Source: a bacterium
Lineage (GTDB): Bacteria > Hydrothermota > UBA3073 > JACQXS01 > JAQTXJ01
Length of the DNA: 64,000 nucleotides
Direction of reading: 5' to 3'
NCBI GenBank assembly: GCA_028716385.1
Contig: JAQUPX010000001.1
Location: 282,775-346,774, forward strand
Part shown: positions 37,724 to 46,984 of the stretch, piece after piece
How the letters are laid out: each line of letters starts with the position of its first letter
How positions within the stretch are numbered: position 1 is the stretch's first letter
Notes under the pieces: model-generated
Seen by the model: the letters and a program-made list of their open reading frames with translations, nothing else
What the model was told of the DNA's origin: nothing
Databases searched by the model: none
Position numbers and translations under genes: made by a program

Positions 37724-38797
37724 CTATTTCATTAATATTAGTTTCTTTGTCTCTTTTATATTCCCCGCACTTACCCTCACAAAATACACCCCACTCTTTT
37801 TTATATTCGGAGTAAACACATAATCCCCTTTGCTTAATATGCCATTGTAAATAACCTCTTTCGTTCTCCCGCATAAGTCGTATATTTTCAATTCCGCATT
37901 TATACTCTTTGGCGCGCTCAAATAAATCTTATCTTTTAGCAATTGGAGCGAAGCGACATCCCGCCCTGGCGGGACCAAAATCGATGGGTCTTCTATACCT
38001 GCACCGGCATCATAAACTGCTATTGTTGCCCTGCCGCTATCATCCCATGCTATTGCTTCGCTGGGCGACGAAGCGGAAATCTCTCCCCCGGCTCTAAAGT
38101 ATACATTTGAAATACCTGAGAAAACGTAATGAGACGCAAGATTTGTGAAGTATAAATCAAGAGGATAGAGAGTGGAAAGCCCTACGTTCATATTAAATGC
38201 ATTAGCCACGGGAGCTATGTTCTGATTAGGACAATATGCATTTTCAGACATTATTAAAATTCCACCTGTTTTTAAGAGCCAGTTGAATGCATTTAAAGCG
38301 AAAGCTTTGTTATCTGCAGAATCAATATACTCACTGTCACAGAAATTACAGTCCCCGACTAACAATACGCGCCCGTTTTTTCTTTTAATATATTGAGCAA
38401 GAGAATCTACTTCAGAGGGTTGATAAAAACTATCCCAGGCACATGCTGAATTAATTACTATAACATCGTAACCCGATAGATTCATAAAACCTATACCTGT
38501 GTCAACGACATCTATGCAATAATCATTAGAATCTAAAAGAGCAGTTAATCTGCTATACCTTCCGGAAGGAAGGTAGTAGTTACTGTATATTCCGTGCGTA
38601 GTATCCCACAGAACTGAGTATGTTGCCGTTTTTTCTTTTTTTTGTAATGATAGTTTTTGGGGTTCATTCGTAGTGTTAATTATTCTTCCTGTTGTAACGT
38701 CATATTGAGCGTAAGCTATGTTAAAAAATACGATTATTCCTGCAAAGACAAGCCGAATTTTTCTTCTGCCTGAGGCGGATTTCGCTTTGCTCAACAT
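37724..38797 (-). CDS. secreted hypothetical protein with T9SS C-terminal tail, duplicate B
   Basis: 357 aa; see duplicate A; the linker before the tail differs (VPPGRDVASLQLL versus DFACLTGRQGLGNADLQI). Confidence 0.55.
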   Translation of the reverse strand: MLSKAKSASGRRKIRLVFAGIIVFFNIAYAQYDVTTGRIINTTNEPQKLSLQKKEKTATYSVLWDTTHGIYSNYYLPSGRYSRLTALLDSNDYCIDVVDTGIGFMNLSGYDVIVINSACAWDSFYQPSEVDSLAQYIKRKNGRVLLVGDCNFCDSEYIDSADNKAFALNAFNWLLKTGGILIMSENAYCPNQNIAPVANAFNMNVGLSTLYPLDLYFTNLASHYVFSGISNVYFRAGGEISASSPSEAIAWDDSGRATIAVYDAGAGIEDPSILVPPGRDVASLQLLKDKIYLSAPKSINAELKIYDLCGRTKEVIYNGILSKGDYVFTPNIKKSGVYFVRVSAGNIKETKKLILMK

Positions 38798-38804
38798 AAT
38801 TTTC

Positions 38805-40268
38805 CTATCTCATTAGAATCAATTTCTTTGTTTCTCTGTAATTATCCGTTTTTAACTTCACAAAATAAATCCCTGTTGTTAAACCTTTGGCGTCAAAATT
38901 AACACTATAACTTCCCGCTTGTTTTTCTTCATTGACAAGTGTTTTAACACAACTGCCCGTTATGTCATAAAGGGCTAACGAAACTTTACTTTTCCCATTG
39001 TTGAGCGAAGCGAAATCCGCCGTAGGCGCGAGTATTTGATATTTAATAATCCCTTTATTTACTATAGGATTTGGAAAACAATCGGTCAATCCATATGTTT
39101 TTGGAGTCCCGGTTTCTTCTTGAATGCTGCCAAAGCCAGGTCCTATCGCATAAAAAAGACTATCGCTTCCTTGTACATATATTGTTCCATCTGAACCTAT
39201 CGTAGGAGAAGAATATATTGGCGCTCCTGTTAAATAAGACCATTTAAGCGAACCATCAGAATTTATTGCGTAAAGGTTACTATCACTAGACCCAATATAT
39301 ATAGTTCCATTAAAATCTATTGCCGGAGAACTTCCTATTCTCTCACCTGTTAGAAAAGACCATTTAACCGAGCCATCAGGATTCATTGCATAAAGTTTCC
39401 TATCGTACGATCCAACATATATAGTCTCATCATAACCTATTGCAGGGCAAGAAGTAGTTATCATACCTCCTGTTTGATATGACCATTTTAGCGTCCCACT
39501 ATCAGGGTTTAAAGCATAAAGCTTGTGATTATATGCTCCTATATATACGGTTCTATCAGAACCTATCGCCGGTGCAGGATTGGGCTGACTTCCCGTTTGA
39601 TATGACCATTTTTCAACCCCGTCGTAATTTATCGCGTAAACCTTACCGGCATCACACCCCAAATATATAACCCCGTTAAGAGGGTCTATTGCCGGAGATG
39701 ACGCTATTCGGAAGTCTGTTTGATATGACCATTTAAGCGAACCATCAGGGTTTATCGCATAAAGTTTAAAATTAGATGACCCAAAATATATAATCCCGGC
39801 AGAATCTATTGCCGGGGAGCTGTTTTGATACCATCCGCTTCCTACTGTTACAAAAGACCATTTAAGCGAGCCGTCAGGATTTATTGCATAAAGTTTACTA
39901 TCCCAGGATAATACATATATAGTACTATCATAGCCTATTGCCGGCGAAGATATTACATAGTCCCCCGTTTTATATGACCATTTGATAGAGCCCATAGAAT
40001 CTATTGCATAAAGATTGCTATCGCTTGACCCGACATATAAAGTCCCATCAAAACCTATTGTTGGGGAAGAAAAACTCAAATAATTTCCTGTTACACAGCT
40101 CCATTTAAGTTGAGGGGTTGCAGGTCCGATATATGGGCTGCGTCCTGTATGTTGTAAATCATGGTGAAACATTGGCCAGGGAGTATTTGCTAACTGAGCA
40201 TCCAGGTTTCTAAACCCAATCAACCCAACAAATAAAATGAAAAAAACTTTTATACTTTTTATTGTCAT
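38805..40268 (-). CDS. PQQ-like beta-propeller repeat protein with T9SS C-terminal tail
   Basis: 487 aa; eight-plus repeats of YAINPDGSLKWSYxTGxxxxSSPAI; C-terminal sorting tail. Confidence 0.65.
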   Translation of the reverse strand: MTIKSIKVFFILFVGLIGFRNLDAQLANTPWPMFHHDLQHTGRSPYIGPATPQLKWSCVTGNYLSFSSPTIGFDGTLYVGSSDSNLYAIDSMGSIKWSYKTGDYVISSPAIGYDSTIYVLSWDSKLYAINPDGSLKWSFVTVGSGWYQNSSPAIDSAGIIYFGSSNFKLYAINPDGSLKWSYQTDFRIASSPAIDPLNGVIYLGCDAGKVYAINYDGVEKWSYQTGSQPNPAPAIGSDRTVYIGAYNHKLYALNPDSGTLKWSYQTGGMITTSCPAIGYDETIYVGSYDRKLYAMNPDGSVKWSFLTGERIGSSPAIDFNGTIYIGSSDSNLYAINSDGSLKWSYLTGAPIYSSPTIGSDGTIYVQGSDSLFYAIGPGFGSIQEETGTPKTYGLTDCFPNPIVNKGIIKYQILAPTADFASLNNGKSKVSLALYDITGSCVKTLVNEEKQAGSYSVNFDAKGLTTGIYFVKLKTDNYRETKKLILMR

Positions 40269-40275
40269 CTTTTCC

Positions 40276-41622
40276 TTATTTCATCACGATTAACTTTTTT
40301 GTTAGTTTGTAATTGTCTGCACTTAGTTTCACAAAATAAATTCCTGTTTTTAATTCTTTTGCATTTAGAGTAACACTATAACTTCCCGCTTCTTTTTCCC
40401 CGTCAGCTAATGTCTTAACACAACTTCCTGAAATGTCGTAGAGCCTTAATGAGATATTGCTTTTATCGGGTACGCAGTAACTAACAGTAGTTGATTTAAT
40501 AAACGGGTTTTTCAGTATTTCTAATTTTGCATTTCGGAATGTGAATTGCGGATTTTGGGATTCTTCCATCCCCATAGTTGTATAAACCCATTTTAAGTCT
40601 TTGTTTGTGAAATCATAATAAGCAACATCCATTGCGTACCCATCTTCACCACAACTCGTGTATCCTCCAACATCTCCAAAATCACACGCCCCTCCGCCCG
40701 ATGAAGTGTTTCCCCATTTAAGAACTCCGCCAGTTTTATCATAGTAAGTGATCATCCCATCGTTACAGCAAGCAAACATCCCTACATCTCCAACACTATC
40801 CAGAATAGAAGTTATCCAACTGCTCCCATTAAAAACAGCTTTTTTCAGGTCACCGTTTGTTACATCGTAATAAGCAATTACATAATTATTAGTTACTTTA
40901 CTGAGAGAACAGTACTGTCCTACATTTCCTGCTGTGTCCGCTTTTCCAATTATCCACTGGGTTCCGGTCCGGTATGCATATTTCAGGTCGCCGTTTGTTG
41001 CATCATAATAAGCTATTCCATATCTATCCTCTTTGTAGAGAGAACTGTATTGTCCAACGTCTCCCGCGGTATCCACTTTCTCAATTATCCATTGTGTTCC
41101 ATTCCAACTTGCATATTTTAAGTCGCCGTTTGTCGCATCATAATAGCTTATGTGTGGATAATTGAGAGTATCTAATTTCAACGAGGTGTATAATCCAACA
41201 TTTCCGGTAGTGTCCACTTTTTCAATATCCCATTGTGTCCCATTCCAATGGACATACTTTAAGTCTCCATTTGTAGAGTCATAATAACTTATGTGCGGAG
41301 AATACAGACTGTCTTTAATAACGGTTTGTATTCCAATAGAAGTCCACATTCCCACATCACCTATTGTATCTACATTTTGGATTGAAAACATTTCAAATCC
41401 TTCTGCACACTTTAGATTACCATTTGTAGCATCATAATAGGATATAAAAACAGGGAAAAGATCTGCTCTGGATATACTTTGAGGCGCTACCATTGAAATA
41501 TATTTTCCAACGTCCCCGGTTGTATCTACCCTGAAAATAGCTCCTCCTGTTGATTTTTCACTGAGAATTGCCAACATTACTACTGTCCAGAATATACTTA
41601 GCATAAATCTACTTCTTCTCAT
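40276..41622 (-). CDS. tandem ~45-aa repeat (ISYYDATNGDLKYA...) protein with T9SS C-terminal tail
   Basis: 448 aa; five-plus copies of DTxGDVGxYxSLxxxxxxxPHISYYDATNGDLKYAxWNGTQW; C-terminal sorting tail. Confidence 0.55.
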   Translation of the reverse strand: MRRSRFMLSIFWTVVMLAILSEKSTGGAIFRVDTTGDVGKYISMVAPQSISRADLFPVFISYYDATNGNLKCAEGFEMFSIQNVDTIGDVGMWTSIGIQTVIKDSLYSPHISYYDSTNGDLKYVHWNGTQWDIEKVDTTGNVGLYTSLKLDTLNYPHISYYDATNGDLKYASWNGTQWIIEKVDTAGDVGQYSSLYKEDRYGIAYYDATNGDLKYAYRTGTQWIIGKADTAGNVGQYCSLSKVTNNYVIAYYDVTNGDLKKAVFNGSSWITSILDSVGDVGMFACCNDGMITYYDKTGGVLKWGNTSSGGGACDFGDVGGYTSCGEDGYAMDVAYYDFTNKDLKWVYTTMGMEESQNPQFTFRNAKLEILKNPFIKSTTVSYCVPDKSNISLRLYDISGSCVKTLADGEKEAGSYSVTLNAKELKTGIYFVKLSADNYKLTKKLIVMK

Positions 41623-41871
41623 CTTTCCTCCTACTTTATTTCATCCTCAAGTATCTTTATACTTAATATTCTCAAAACCTTTCTTTGTCAATCTTAAATG
41701 TCAACTTTTTTAATTCCTTCGGTGAATCAAAGAATTCTGTGCCAACTTTGCGATAATCCATCAAACAGAGGAAAGAGAATTTTCCAATTTTTGTCTAAAT
41801 CTCGGGGCAAAAGTTAGGTCGTGTAAATTAGGAACCGCAGACATCCATACGATCATAAACTTAAAACATTC

Positions 41872-43299
41872 TTATTTTAACACTTTCCAATATCCGCCTT
41901 TATCCGGTCCAATTCGCTTGATAATTTTCTCTTTAACCAGTTTTCGTAATCGAGACTGTATTGTTTCTTCTGTCTCGTTCAGTTGTATAGATAATTCTTT
42001 CCTTGATAACTGCGGGTTTTCTTTTATCGTATTTATTATTATCCGGTATTTATCCGGTATTTTTCTGGGACTTTTCTGGGACTTTTCTGGGACTTTTGCA
42101 GTGATCTTTACAGTGCCTTTCCCGGCGTCCTTGTTATATAATTTTTCTGAAAACTTTTTTTTCGACTTATAAAAAATTACTACAAAACCTGTTTTTATAC
42201 ACTGAAACTCAACTTTTATTTTATATTTCTCGCATTCTTCGTAGATTCTTTTTAATCCGCTTCCCCATTTTTCAATGTCACTTGATTTATACAAAGTCTC
42301 CGCAATTAATGGATTCCTTAAGATAGAATGCTCTTTGCCCTTGATAAAGTCTTCAGGGGTTGCTTCTTCCGGGAACTGTCCGGGGTTATATATTTCTATC
42401 CTGTCCTTAAAAATAGCAATTTCATTGCCTTTAGGATTAGCATAATCCCTGTGACATAATGAATTGACAATAGCCTCTGTAATGGCTCTGACAGAGATTT
42501 CAGGGATTTCTTCTCTCCTGCTTCCTTCAAGATTAGCGCGCCAGTTCATATGCTCTTTTATGTAAGTTTCTGATTGTGCTTTCAAATTGAAAATATTTCC
42601 CTTAAATTTCTTGATATCAAGAAATGTGAGTTTATCCGTACCGGCAAATACAGCCGCCTGTACTTCCATTAAATTGTCATCACAAAATAAAACCTCTGCG
42701 GATTTGAGTAGTTTGTTTCCTTTGCTAAGATTTAATTTATGTAATACAGTTTTTATGTTTGAAAACTTGAAGTTAATTCTTTTAGCTTCGTTTGCCCTTG
42801 CTATATAATTTTTTACTGTATCTACATTTATATCTTTAAGAGATTTCTCTGATACTCCGTTTTCCCAAAAGATTTTGTTTTTCTTAAGTATTAAATTCTC
42901 CAATTCTCGAGCACTCAATTGCCTGTTTTCGTCGCCAACTCTCATATATGCTCTACCATAAGCAAAGTAAGGAATGTCCTGCCCGGAAAATTCAACCTCA
43001 ATATACATCTTTTTATTTGCCTTATTTGCAGAAACTTTAGGGAAAATTCTAGGCTCAATATGTTCTGAAATAGCTCTGGAAATTTCTCTTAAAGTATTTT
43101 TACCTATCGCCTGGCCTACAAAAGTGCTATCATCTTTTATGCCAAAATATATTTTACCTTTACTATGTTTATTAAGAATGGCAGATATAGAAATAATGGC
43201 TTCTTTTAATTCTGAAGTTGATGCCTTAAGCTCAACCTTTTCTGATTCTATATATTTCATTCTATTAGTACTACTATATAGTTTCTGTAATGTCGTCAA
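41872..43299 (-). CDS. putative DNA-binding regulator (AlbA_2/Schlafen-like domain + HATPase_c_4-like + C-terminal winged helix)
   Basis: 475 aa; N-terminal YIESEKVELKAS...GKIYFGIKDD block, central ITEAIVNSLCHRDYANPKGNEIAIFKDRIEIYNPG block, C-terminal IINTIKENPQLSRKELSIQLNETEETIQSRLRKLVKEKIIKRIG helix-turn-helix; contains an 11-nt x3 tandem repeat at 42061-42093. Confidence 0.65.
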   Translation of the reverse strand: MTTLQKLYSSTNRMKYIESEKVELKASTSELKEAIISISAILNKHSKGKIYFGIKDDSTFVGQAIGKNTLREISRAISEHIEPRIFPKVSANKANKKMYIEVEFSGQDIPYFAYGRAYMRVGDENRQLSARELENLILKKNKIFWENGVSEKSLKDINVDTVKNYIARANEAKRINFKFSNIKTVLHKLNLSKGNKLLKSAEVLFCDDNLMEVQAAVFAGTDKLTFLDIKKFKGNIFNLKAQSETYIKEHMNWRANLEGSRREEIPEISVRAITEAIVNSLCHRDYANPKGNEIAIFKDRIEIYNPGQFPEEATPEDFIKGKEHSILRNPLIAETLYKSSDIEKWGSGLKRIYEECEKYKIKVEFQCIKTGFVVIFYKSKKKFSEKLYNKDAGKGTVKITAKVPEKSQKSPRKIPDKYRIIINTIKENPQLSRKELSIQLNETEETIQSRLRKLVKEKIIKRIGPDKGGYWKVLK

Positions 43300-43369
43300 T
43301 AAAATTATTAAAGCGTATGATTAAAAGGGGGAAATCCAGTGCCAAATCTGTGCCCATCCGTGCTTTGTA

Positions 43370-44197
43370 TCATTTCATTAATATTAGTTTCTTTGTCTCT
43401 TTTATATTCCCCGCACTTAACTTCACAAAATATACCCCGCTCTTTTTTATGTTCGGCGTAAATGTATAATCCCCTTTACTTAATGTGCCACTGTAAATAA
43501 CCTCTTTCGTTCTCCCGCATAAATCGTAAATTTTCAATTCCGCATTTATACTCTTTGGCGCGCTCAAATAAATCTTTCCTTTTATAATTTTCAAGTCAAC
43601 AGCTTGAAGCGAGGGCTTCAAGCTACCCTGTTCTTCTATCCCTACGACAGGAGTGCCTGTTATGGAAACATCGTCAATCCAAAAAGCGACAGAGTCAGTA
43701 TAACTTGAAGTACCGGGAGATTGTATATCTGCTCCGAATATAATTCCGGTTATAGTATCCTTATCAGTATAAATTCCTTGCCATTGTGTCCATACCAAGT
43801 TTTCCCCCATACCATACAGATAATCCCCCCTAGTCCATACTGTATCATTCTTTTTATTTATAAGGAGAATGATAGATATTTTGTTAACAGACATCGCAGG
43901 CGCATCGCACGAATATTGATACTGAATTTTGCATGTGCAAGATATTACGGGTTTTATCGTTTGGGACATAGTTATGCTACTGAACTGGCATGAAGGTTTA
44001 TATCCATAAGCATATACCTCGCAACTTGCCGGAGAGGAGTAATATTTTGTATAGCAAGGAGTTGCCCTCCCGCCACCGTGTGCTATTGTGGGCGACCAGC
44101 TCGTTACTCCCGAATTAAATCCACCGTTAGTTATCATCTCACTCGCAAACATAGATAACGGCACAATTAACATCAAACCTATCAATACCTTTTTCAT
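43370..44197 (-). CDS. secreted hypothetical protein with T9SS C-terminal tail
   Basis: 275 aa; signal-like N-terminus; C-terminal sorting tail. Confidence 0.5.
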   Translation of the reverse strand: MKKVLIGLMLIVPLSMFASEMITNGGFNSGVTSWSPTIAHGGGRATPCYTKYYSSPASCEVYAYGYKPSCQFSSITMSQTIKPVISCTCKIQYQYSCDAPAMSVNKISIILLINKKNDTVWTRGDYLYGMGENLVWTQWQGIYTDKDTITGIIFGADIQSPGTSSYTDSVAFWIDDVSITGTPVVGIEEQGSLKPSLQAVDLKIIKGKIYLSAPKSINAELKIYDLCGRTKEVIYSGTLSKGDYTFTPNIKKSGVYFVKLSAGNIKETKKLILMK

Positions 44198-44208
44198 AGT
44201 TTTTTCTC

Positions 44209-45618
44209 CTACTTAATCAAGATTAATTTCTTTGTTTCTGTAAAATTATTAGTTTTTAATTGCACAAAATACACCCCATTCTTTTTTATCTTCGGCGTAA
44301 ACGTATAATCCCCTTTACTCAATATGCCATTATAGACAGTGCTTTGAAGTCTTCCACATAAATCATAAATCGTTATTAGTGTATTAGTATAATAGTTATT
44401 AGGAACAGAAAGACAAATCTTATCTTTTATAGTTTTTATATTTACTGACCACTCACCACTCACCACTGGCAACTGTTCTTCTTCTACGCCGACTTCTTTC
44501 CCCAATTTAATCAGATAGACTCCACAACCTGCCCCACTTCCTGCAATAATAAATCCGCTGTCAGAAGTTTGTTGAATTGATCTTCCCGCATCATAGCCGG
44601 TTCCGCCGATAGTTTTTGTCCAGAGAGTGTCGCCCGAACTATTTATCTTGATTAGATAGATATCTCCACCACCTGCCCCAAAAGAGGTTGTCATTCCTGA
44701 AATAATAAATCCGCTATCAGAAGTTTGTTGAAATGCCCAGCCCTCATCATACTCAGTTCCACCATAAGTTTTTGTCCAAATCGTATTACCTGAAGAATTT
44801 GTACGTATAAAATAAATATCTCCCTTACCTGCTCCTAAAAGTTCTGAATAACCTAAAACAATAAAGCCACCCATTCCGCCCGAAACTGATTGAACGGAAG
44901 TGCCGCCATCATATCCGCTTACACCGAAAGTTTTAGTCCAGATAACATCTCCCGAACTAGTTGTCCTTATTAGATAAACATCTCCCTCGCCCGGTCCATA
45001 ATATGCTTTTGTCATTCCTGAAATGATAAACCCTCCGTCTTGAGTCTGTTGAACGGAAAAACCTACATCATCGTAAATTCCGCCATAAGTTTTTGTCCAG
45101 AGAGTATTACCCGAAGAATCTGTCTTGATAAAATAAAAATTCTGATAATCCGGTGCGCCTGTCCCGAAAGAGTATGTCCCGCCTACGATAACAAATCCTC
45201 CGTCTTGAGTCTGTTGAACGCATTCTCCATAATCAGAGTCAGTCCCGCCGTAACTTCTTGACCATAAGGTATCCCCTAAAGAATCCGTTTTAATCAAACA
45301 AACATCTTTCCCGGAATACGTATTGCCTGCAATAATAAACCCGCAGTCAGAAGTCTGTTGGACCGAAAAGCCCCCATTGTTGCTAATTTTTCCGAAAGTT
45401 TTTGTCCACAGGGTATCCCCCGAAGAGTTTGTTCTGATGAGATAAATATTATTAGAATCTGTACGGCTTACAATAACAAATCCCCCGTCTTGAGTCTGTT
45501 TAACAAAATAGGCAGATGCACTTTTCCCGCCATAAGTCCTTGTCCATAAAGTATCCGGTGCAGATGCGAACAAGTTTGTTCCCGTTATGATAATTAATAT
45601 AATCAAATATCTTTTCAT
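44209..45618 (-). CDS. beta-propeller-type repeat (SBBP-like) protein with T9SS C-terminal tail
   Basis: 469 aa; eight repeats of GDTLWTKTYGGxxxDxGxSVQQTxDGGFIIxGxT...DxYLIKT; C-terminal sorting tail; same family as the fragment at 1-552. Confidence 0.6.
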   Translation of the reverse strand: MKRYLIILIIITGTNLFASAPDTLWTRTYGGKSASAYFVKQTQDGGFVIVSRTDSNNIYLIRTNSSGDTLWTKTFGKISNNGGFSVQQTSDCGFIIAGNTYSGKDVCLIKTDSLGDTLWSRSYGGTDSDYGECVQQTQDGGFVIVGGTYSFGTGAPDYQNFYFIKTDSSGNTLWTKTYGGIYDDVGFSVQQTQDGGFIISGMTKAYYGPGEGDVYLIRTTSSGDVIWTKTFGVSGYDGGTSVQSVSGGMGGFIVLGYSELLGAGKGDIYFIRTNSSGNTIWTKTYGGTEYDEGWAFQQTSDSGFIISGMTTSFGAGGGDIYLIKINSSGDTLWTKTIGGTGYDAGRSIQQTSDSGFIIAGSGAGCGVYLIKLGKEVGVEEEQLPVVSGEWSVNIKTIKDKICLSVPNNYYTNTLITIYDLCGRLQSTVYNGILSKGDYTFTPKIKKNGVYFVQLKTNNFTETKKLILIK

Positions 45619-45724
45619 ATTGCCCCCCTATTTCAGTGGGTAGTTGGGAGCACGTGCTCCCAACGCTACCCTGTGTTTTCATTCTGTCATTGTCATCCCG
45701 CACTTGATGCGGGATCCATTGTTT

Positions 45725-46900
45725 TCATTTTATTAGTACCATTTTCTTCGTTTCTTTAAAATTATTAGTTGTCAGCCTCACAAAATACACCCCGCTCTTT
45801 TTTATATTGGGCGTAAATGTATAATCCCCTTTGCTTAGTAGACCTTGATAAACAGTGCTTTGAAGTCTTCCACATAAATCATAAATTTTCAATTCCGTAT
45901 TTATACTCTTTGGCGCGCTCAAATAAATCTTGCCCTTTATTATCTGTAAATCCGCATTCCCCAATCCGAAATCCAAAATCAAAGGTTCTTCCACTCCCGA
46001 TTTTGAGTTAATGAATTTTAATATCCACTTTCCCGTAGTGTCGGGAACATTATATAAATATAACTCGGAAGAATCCGGTGTCAAACTTAGCCCTGACACA
46101 AACCCTATTCCACTAAATTCCGGCATCGCTTCAGGTGTAGAAAAAGTGTCTCCTATCGAACCTCTTTTTGCGTAGTAAATAATACCGGCTCTAAAATAAA
46201 TTTCCAGTTCATTATTTGTCAGGAAACAAGAAAAGTTATTAGTGCCGGGAAAATTAATTTTAAGGGACTCTTTAGCTCCGAATAAAGAATCTCTATTGCT
46301 TCTGGAAGCCATATATAAATAAACCCCCTGAGAATCCTCCTGCGCAAAATAAAGATGTAATCCGTTTGGTGAAATCCATGGGTAAGCGTCTGCCGTATCG
46401 GTAATATTTATCTCGCTTAGCGGGCGCAAACTATCAAAAGGGTCCGTTAAAGAATTCCTTACGGCAATCCATAAATCATTGTTGTCCCAGTTATTGTCCC
46501 AGCTTTTCGTAAATACCATTATTTTCCCGTCTTCCGTAATTGTGGGCTGGCTATTCGAGAAAGTATCCACATCATTAATATTCCCGGGCAATTTTGTCAG
46601 ACTTAATGAATCAAACTCTTCCTTAAGATTATTGCGGGACATAACATACAATCTATAGTTACCCGTGCTATCCGCAATGCTTGCATAATATTTCAGTCCG
46701 TCTTTTGAGAGCTGTCCCGGTCCGGGTATAAGATTCTGCGGAACTATAAGCGTATCCTTTAAAATAAAAGTTGTATCCGAGAAAAAAGCCGTTTTTGTAT
46801 TATTCTTTGTCTGGAGAATCCGCAGATTCCCGTCCTGTTTCCTTTCAACGTTTCCCTGCGTTAACGCAAGAACAAACCCCATCAAAATCGCATAAATCAT
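45725..46900 (-). CDS. secreted protein with T9SS C-terminal tail (start set at MIYAIL...)
   Basis: Track ORF reaches 46939, but ATG at 46900 has AAGGAGAG 5 nt upstream and begins a signal-like MIYAILMGFVLALTQG; C-terminal sorting tail. Confidence 0.55.
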   Translation of the reverse strand: MIYAILMGFVLALTQGNVERKQDGNLRILQTKNNTKTAFFSDTTFILKDTLIVPQNLIPGPGQLSKDGLKYYASIADSTGNYRLYVMSRNNLKEEFDSLSLTKLPGNINDVDTFSNSQPTITEDGKIMVFTKSWDNNWDNNDLWIAVRNSLTDPFDSLRPLSEINITDTADAYPWISPNGLHLYFAQEDSQGVYLYMASRSNRDSLFGAKESLKINFPGTNNFSCFLTNNELEIYFRAGIIYYAKRGSIGDTFSTPEAMPEFSGIGFVSGLSLTPDSSELYLYNVPDTTGKWILKFINSKSGVEEPLILDFGLGNADLQIIKGKIYLSAPKSINTELKIYDLCGRLQSTVYQGLLSKGDYTFTPNIKKSGVYFVRLTTNNFKETKKMVLIK

Positions 46901-46984
46901 ATTCTCTCCTTTATTAACCGGTATGTCGGTTAATAACACCCATCAACAACAAAAGTCAAACATTTTAATTTGTACGATGCAAGC

